DNA from: Patescibacteria group bacterium
GTDB taxonomy: Bacteria > Patescibacteriota > UBA1384 > XYA2-FULL-43-10 > 1-14-0-10-43-13
DNA: 64,000 nt
NCBI GenBank assembly: GCA_038078835.1
Contig: JBBTQI010000009.1
Coordinates: forward strand, 3,714 to 67,713
Reading direction: 5' to 3'
Position 1 is the first letter of the stretch. Each line of letters opens with the position of its first letter. Under the pieces are notes generated by a model, which was not told the DNA's origin, did not search any database, and saw nothing but the letters and a program-made list of their open reading frames with translations. Both the position numbers and the translations under genes were made by a program. This document shows, piece by piece, positions 59,070-64,000 of the stretch.

Positions 59070-62000
59070 ATGGGTGTTTTAACAACGACCATTGTTCTCT
59101 TGGTGTCCGTGATAGTCCAGACTTTTCTAGGTGGAATGAATGCTCAGGCCGCCACCAATACCTGGAACTTTGGCAGTTCGGCCGATTATACCTATAGTGA
59201 TTCCTCTGTCGAAGTAACCTCCAACACGGCCAGGCTGAAGGCGGGTCAATATGCCGATGACGCTAACACCCAGGCTCTCTGGCACTTTGACGAGAGCTCC
59301 GGCACGGCGGCCGACTCAGCCGGCAACTCCAATACAGCCACACTGCAAAATAGCGCAACTTACGCCGCCGCCCGCGCCGGCAACGGCCTTTCTTTAAACG
59401 GCAGCAAACAGTACGCCTCGGCCGGCGATTCGGCGACGCTCTCATTGTCATCAAACTTAACTCTGGAGGCCTATACCAAATTCAGCAGCGCCTTTGACGC
59501 CACCGACGACATCAGTCAATACATTGTAGATAAGGGCAACTACAAGCTCTACTTTGACCAGTCCGACGGTAAGTTGAAATTTGAACTCGAGAACAATACC
59601 GCCAAAAGCTGGGACAAGGTCGGCGAGGATGTTAACAGCAGTTGGGTTGGCAGCGGCCTTGGTCGATCCCAGGTTTTTGCCGAATATGGCGGCAGTTTGT
59701 ATGTTGGTCTTTACGCTAATCCGAATGGGGCAAGGGTTTACAAGTACAGCGGCAGCGGTGCGGCTTGGACCAAAGTTGCCGGCGACGGTGTTAATGGTTC
59801 CTGGATGAGTGCAGGTTATGAGGGTGTCTTTGCTCTGGAGCCTTATAACAGTCAACTTTGCGCCGGTTTAGGTGACATTGCCGCCGGCGCCAGCGAGGTT
59901 TGGTGCTGGAATGATACCGCCTGGACAAAAATCGGCGGAGACGGTGTTAATGGCTTGCCGGCAGGACTAGAGGGTGTTCAGAGTCTGGAGAGTGATGGAA
60001 CATATCTTTATGCCGGAGTGGGACGCGATGCTGATGAAGGAGATGTTTGGCGTTGGAACGGCACGACTTGGACTCAGATTGGCGGCGACGGCTTAAATTC
60101 CAGTTGGGATACAAGCTATGAGTTTGCCTATTCGCTGGTTTACGCTGGCTCAACTCTCTATGCCGGTCTTGGTAGCTCCGCTGGCGATGCCGAGGTTTGG
60201 TCCTGGAACGGCACGACTTGGACTCAGATTGGCGGCGACACCCTGAAATTTTCCTGGGCCAACAGTACTTATGAGCAGGTTGCTTCGCTAGCCTCCGATG
60301 GTACTTACCTTTATGCCGGTCTTGGTAGCTCCGCTGGCGATGCCGAGGTCTGGCGCTACACTATTGCCACCGACACCTGGGGCGGGGCATTGATTGGCGG
60401 CGACGGCACCGGCTGGACCAACTCAACTTACGAACAGGTTCTCTCGCTCAATATTATCAGCGGGACGCTTTATGCTAGTTTGGGTACCAGCGCCGGCGAC
60501 GGCGAGGTCTGGTCCTGGAACGGCACGACTTGGACTCAGATTGGCGGCGACACCCTTAACTCCGGCTGGGACGCTAACTCAAGCAAGGAGAGTGCTTATT
60601 TGGGTACTTCCGGCAGCAGTTTGGTCGCCGGCACCGGCTCGGGTACCAATGACGCCGAAACCTGGCTTTGGAACGGCTCGGCTTGGAGCTGGATTGGCGG
60701 CAAAGATTGGACATCCTGGGGAGCAGCTATGCCGAGCATTGTCCAAGCTATGGCCATTAATGACGGTAAACTCTATGTTGGTTTAGGCGGAGCAAGTAAA
60801 GAGGCGACTGTTTGGGAGTATAACGGCTCAACCTGGGCGCACGTGGGGGGCAATTATAATTCAAGCTGGGACGACAGCATTGAATATGTCTACAGTTTAG
60901 CTTCATATAATAATAAGATTTATGCCGGCTTAGGCAACTCCGCTGGCGATGGCGATCTGTGGGAGTACAACGGCAGCAACGACTGGACGCAAATCGGCGG
61001 CGACGGTTTAAACTCCGGTTGGGCGGCCGCTATTTACGAAGCGGTCCTGACAATGACGGTTTACCAGAGTGAGCTTTATGCCGGTTTGGGCATAAGCGAC
61101 AGCGCTGATGCCGAAGTCTGGAAATATAACGGCAGTGCCTGGGCCAAGGTCGGCGGTGATAGTACAAATTCCAGCTGGGCTGGCGGCCAGAGAGTCAATT
61201 CGCTTGTCGCCGACGGTACCTACCTTTATGCCGGTCTAGGTACGGAAGCGGTGAACTATGCTTACTCGGCTCAAGTCTGGCGCTGGGACGGCGCAACCTG
61301 GACCATCATCGGTGGCAGCCACTACAACAACAGCTGGGCCAAAGCATACTTATGGGAAGCGTACACCGCGGCGGTTTTTAATAACAAGGCTTACTTTGGT
61401 TTTGGTTATTTTACTGGGACTAACAGCGCTGTTGTCTGGGAGTATGATGGCACGAATTGGCAGGCGATCGGCGGCAACGGTCTTAACTCCTCCTGGACGG
61501 TCAATACCTATGAAGTCGTTCTATCAATGGCCTCTAACTCAAACTATCTGTATGTTGGACTTGGCTCGAATGCCGGTGACGCCGAAGTCTGGCGCTACAA
61601 CGGCACAACCTGGAGTAAGATCGGCGGTGACGCTCTGAATTCCAGCTGGGCCGACAGCACCTATGAGAGTGTTTACAGCCTGGCGGCCAATGATACGACC
61701 CTCTATGCCGGTTTGGGCAATAGTGCTGATGACGGCGAGGTCTGGTCCTGGAACGGCTCAAGCTGGAGCCAGATTGGGGGGGATAGTTTGAATTCCGGCT
61801 GGACTGATGCCGACAACATCACTGGCGTTGGCTCGCTCCTTCTCTCCGGTTCAACGCTTTATATTGGTACCGGTTGGAGCACTGGCACGGCGGATGTCTG
61901 GTCATGGAACGGCTCAAGCTGGAGCCAGATCGGCGGTGACACCTTGAAATCTTCCTGGGCAAGCAGTACGTATGAAGGAGTTTATAATTTGGTTACCGAT

Positions 62001-64000
62001 GGTACTTACCTTTATGCCGGTCTTGGTAACAGCGGCGGCGACGCCGAGGTCTGGCGCTATAACATTGCCACTGATACCTGGGGCGGGGCGCTCATTGGTG
62101 GCGACGGCACCGGCTGGGCGGCGGCTACTTATGAGGCTGTCTGTGATTTGGCTGTTTCCGGTTCGACTCTCTATGCCAGCTTGTGCTTTAGCGCCAATGA
62201 CGCCGAGGTCTGGTCATGGAATGGGACAACATGGACGCAGATCGGCGGCGATAGCGTTAACTCCTCATGGGGTGCGGGCTATGAGTACGCCCGGTCGCTT
62301 TTGGTTTGGGGCTCTAATCTGTATGTCGGTCTTGGCAATAGTTTTACTGATGCTAGAATTTGGCGTTGGAACGGCACGACCTGGACTCAAATCGGCGGCA
62401 CTGGCGCTTACGCCGGCCCGGATGATCTTTCCAGTATTGATCAGGTAACCGCTCTGGCGATTAATCAGGGTCTGCTCTATGCCGGTCTTGGTAACAGCGG
62501 CGGCGACGCCGAGGTCTGGTCCTGGAACGGCACGACCTGGACTAAGGTCGGCGGCGATAGCCTGAACTCCAGTTGGACGGTTGATTATGAATATATTACT
62601 TCAATGACCAGTTATAGCGGCCTGCTTTACGTTGGTCTTGGCAACAATAGTGGCGACGCCGAGGTTTGGTCTTGGAATGGCACCATCTGGACTCAAATCG
62701 GCGGCGACAGTCTTAACTCCGGTTGGACTAGCGGCTATGAAACGGTTTATGCTATGGCTGTCTACAGTGGCAAACTCCACATTGGCACCGGCACCACCGC
62801 CGGCGACGCTGAGGTGTGGGCTTATGGCGCCAACTCTGTTTTGGCTTCGACCACCTCGAGCTGGACGACCGGCTGGTACCACGTAGCGGCAACTTACGAT
62901 GGCTCGACGATGAGGCTTTATGTCAACGGGACAGAAGAAGCGTCGCTGGTTGTTTCGATTTCGCTAGCCGATTTATCCACGCCGCTTTATGTCGGTTCGG
63001 CTTTGGGCAACGCCAATATGGCCGAGCCTCTGCCGCTCTTTACCGGTACCATAGACGAGGTGCGCATCTCCAATACCGCTCGGAGCAGCTTTACGATAGC
63101 GCCTTACGCCAGCACCCGTGTAACCATCCAACCCAACAATTCTCTGGATGATGCCGATGTTTTGGCTTGGAGCGGTTTTGCCGTCTCTGAGACCGTAAAC
63201 GGCGGGACGATCACTTATCGTTTATCGGACGATGCCGGCACGAGCTGGAAATATTATACCGCCGGCGCCTGGACCGCCTCGTCAAGCACAACTCAGGCGA
63301 ATACGGCGGCTGATGTCAATACTAACATCGGCTCTCTTACCGTTACTAACGACGGCGTCCTTTGGCAGGCCGTGCTTCTGGGCAGCGGCGACCAGGTTGT
63401 AACCCTAAACAGCGTGGCCATTACTTACACTGAAGATACCGATAATCCAACCAATCCAACCACAATATCAGCTTTAAATGCTTCCGGTGGTTCGACTACG
63501 CTCACCACAAGCAACTGGTATAGTTACGCTACCCCTTATTTCTCCTGGAGCGGGGCAAGTGATGGCGGTTCTGGTATTGAGGGCTACTGGGTTTACTTTG
63601 GGACATCATCAAGCGCCGATCCGCGGACGGCCGGAACTTGGCAAACTGGCGCTACTTACACCGCCTCGAGTTTGTCTGACGGCTCGACCTACTATCTGCG
63701 CGTTTTAGCCAAAGACAAGGCCGAGAACTATCCGGCTGCGGCTTGGGATGCCTTCACCTACAAATATGACGGTACGGCCCCAACCCCGCCGGCCTTTGTC
63801 TCTGTCTCGCCCTCGGGTTACTCCACCAGCCAAAACTTCACCTTCCTCTGGCCCGGTTCGGGTAGCTCCGCCGCCTCAGATACAGGTTCCCCGACGACCG
63901 GTTCGGGTGTGGCCAGCTATCAGTACAAAACGGGAGCGGCGTCGGGAAGTTATTCCTCTTGGTCAACCGCCACAACAGAGACACAGATTGCTTTAACTAG
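59070..64000 (+). CDS. Giant secreted or surface protein (partial, >1640 aa; continues past the window) with ~25+ tandem ~50-aa repeats plus LamG/ConA-like and FN3-like domains
   Basis: Frame 0 is open from 59070 to the window end, confirmed by spot translations at 60180, 61260, 62460, 62820 and 63900. Signal peptide 'MGVLTTTIVLLVSVIVQTFLGG'. Repeat unit '...LYAGLGNSAGDAEVWSWNGTTWTQIGGDxLNSSW...'. A LamG-like segment 'WYHVAATYDGSTMRLYVNG...IDEVRISNTARS'. All the ORF-track entries in 59-64 kb are shadows of this gene in other frames. Confidence 0.7.
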   Translation, partial: MGVLTTTIVLLVSVIVQTFLGGMNAQAATNTWNFGSSADYTYSDSSVEVTSNTARLKAGQYADDANTQALWHFDESSGTAADSAGNSNTATLQNSATYAAARAGNGLSLNGSKQYASAGDSATLSLSSNLTLEAYTKFSSAFDATDDISQYIVDKGNYKLYFDQSDGKLKFELENNTAKSWDKVGEDVNSSWVGSGLGRSQVFAEYGGSLYVGLYANPNGARVYKYSGSGAAWTKVAGDGVNGSWMSAGYEGVFALEPYNSQLCAGLGDIAAGASEVWCWNDTAWTKIGGDGVNGLPAGLEGVQSLESDGTYLYAGVGRDADEGDVWRWNGTTWTQIGGDGLNSSWDTSYEFAYSLVYAGSTLYAGLGSSAGDAEVWSWNGTTWTQIGGDTLKFSWANSTYEQVASLASDGTYLYAGLGSSAGDAEVWRYTIATDTWGGALIGGDGTGWTNSTYEQVLSLNIISGTLYASLGTSAGDGEVWSWNGTTWTQIGGDTLNSGWDANSSKESAYLGTSGSSLVAGTGSGTNDAETWLWNGSAWSWIGGKDWTSWGAAMPSIVQAMAINDGKLYVGLGGASKEATVWEYNGSTWAHVGGNYNSSWDDSIEYVYSLASYNNKIYAGLGNSAGDGDLWEYNGSNDWTQIGGDGLNSGWAAAIYEAVLTMTVYQSELYAGLGISDSADAEVWKYNGSAWAKVGGDSTNSSWAGGQRVNSLVADGTYLYAGLGTEAVNYAYSAQVWRWDGATWTIIGGSHYNNSWAKAYLWEAYTAAVFNNKAYFGFGYFTGTNSAVVWEYDGTNWQAIGGNGLNSSWTVNTYEVVLSMASNSNYLYVGLGSNAGDAEVWRYNGTTWSKIGGDALNSSWADSTYESVYSLAANDTTLYAGLGNSADDGEVWSWNGSSWSQIGGDSLNSGWTDADNITGVGSLLLSGSTLYIGTGWSTGTADVWSWNGSSWSQIGGDTLKSSWASSTYEGVYNLVTDGTYLYAGLGNSGGDAEVWRYNIATDTWGGALIGGDGTGWAAATYEAVCDLAVSGSTLYASLCFSANDAEVWSWNGTTWTQIGGDSVNSSWGAGYEYARSLLVWGSNLYVGLGNSFTDARIWRWNGTTWTQIGGTGAYAGPDDLSSIDQVTALAINQGLLYAGLGNSGGDAEVWSWNGTTWTKVGGDSLNSSWTVDYEYITSMTSYSGLLYVGLGNNSGDAEVWSWNGTIWTQIGGDSLNSGWTSGYETVYAMAVYSGKLHIGTGTTAGDAEVWAYGANSVLASTTSSWTTGWYHVAATYDGSTMRLYVNGTEEASLVVSISLADLSTPLYVGSALGNANMAEPLPLFTGTIDEVRISNTARSSFTIAPYASTRVTIQPNNSLDDADVLAWSGFAVSETVNGGTITYRLSDDAGTSWKYYTAGAWTASSSTTQANTAADVNTNIGSLTVTNDGVLWQAVLLGSGDQVVTLNSVAITYTEDTDNPTNPTTISALNASGGSTTLTTSNWYSYATPYFSWSGASDGGSGIEGYWVYFGTSSSADPRTAGTWQTGATYTASSLSDGSTYYLRVLAKDKAENYPAAAWDAFTYKYDGTAPTPPAFVSVSPSGYSTSQNFTFLWPGSGSSAASDTGSPTTGSGVASYQYKTGAASGSYSSWSTATTETQIALT

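Noticed and set aside
59263-63996. Many 60-180 aa ORFs on both strands in the ORF track between 59.2 and 64 kb
   Set aside because: They are shadow ORFs in alternative frames of the giant repeat-protein gene. Frame 0 is open throughout and shows a consistent repeat structure. The repetitive GC-rich coding sequence generates long spurious ORFs.

Overview
**Overall.** The window is dense, mostly plus-strand coding sequence with a core housekeeping gene set and many hypothetical or secreted proteins. A partial giant repeat-rich surface protein starts at 59070 and runs off the window end. It is compatible with a small-genome uncultivated bacterium (CPR/Patescibacteria-like); that is inference only.

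**Named genes.**
- Translation and ribosome: rpsF–ssb–rpsR, efp, ychF, ksgA/rsmA, rsmI, metG.
- Chaperones: groES–groEL.
- Nucleotide and one-carbon metabolism: pyrG, folD, plus a truncated ATCase (pyrB) remnant.
- DNA metabolism: uvrD/pcrA, tatD.
- Transport: two P-type ATPases (a Ca/Mg-type and a Cu-type CopA), an NRAMP transporter, an ABC transporter pair (FtsX-like permease and ATPase).
- Copper module: csoR, an HMA-domain membrane protein, copZ, copA.

**Most interesting signals.**
1. There are two downstream template-repeat / C-terminal variable-repeat pairs. The downstream copy is rich in AAC codons, and almost every difference from the in-gene copy sits at an adenine of the downstream copy. 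This is the classic diversity-generating retroelement (DGR) signature.
   - One pair varies the C-terminus of a 947-aa AAA+ (MoxR/AAA_5-like) protein.
   - The other varies a GC-rich gene at 42562–43246.
   - No reverse transcriptase is present in the window.
2. A ksgA-coupled module encodes a 929-aa transglutaminase-like + vWA protein, then the AAA+ protein with the hypervariable C-terminus, then a diverged duplicate of the ksgA 3' end. This looks like an NTPase/vWA conflict-type island integrated at ksgA.
3. Short GC-rich palindromic or low-complexity elements are inserted in-frame into conserved housekeeping genes (ychF, ksgA, metG, rsmI, copA, uvrD). A ~40-nt element is shared between ksgA and metG. 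This resembles the Rickettsia palindromic element phenomenon.
4. Several genes are disrupted: four frameshifts at homopolymer runs, an in-frame TAG in a Schlafen/AlbA_2-like gene, a degraded HEPN toxin between two nucleotidyltransferase antitoxin genes, and a receiver domain split at a 9-G tract.
5. There is a GC-rich island at ~20.0–25.0 kb and a ~450-nt promoter-to-terminator candidate ncRNA at ~25.05–25.54 kb.

No rRNA, tRNA or CRISPR array was found.
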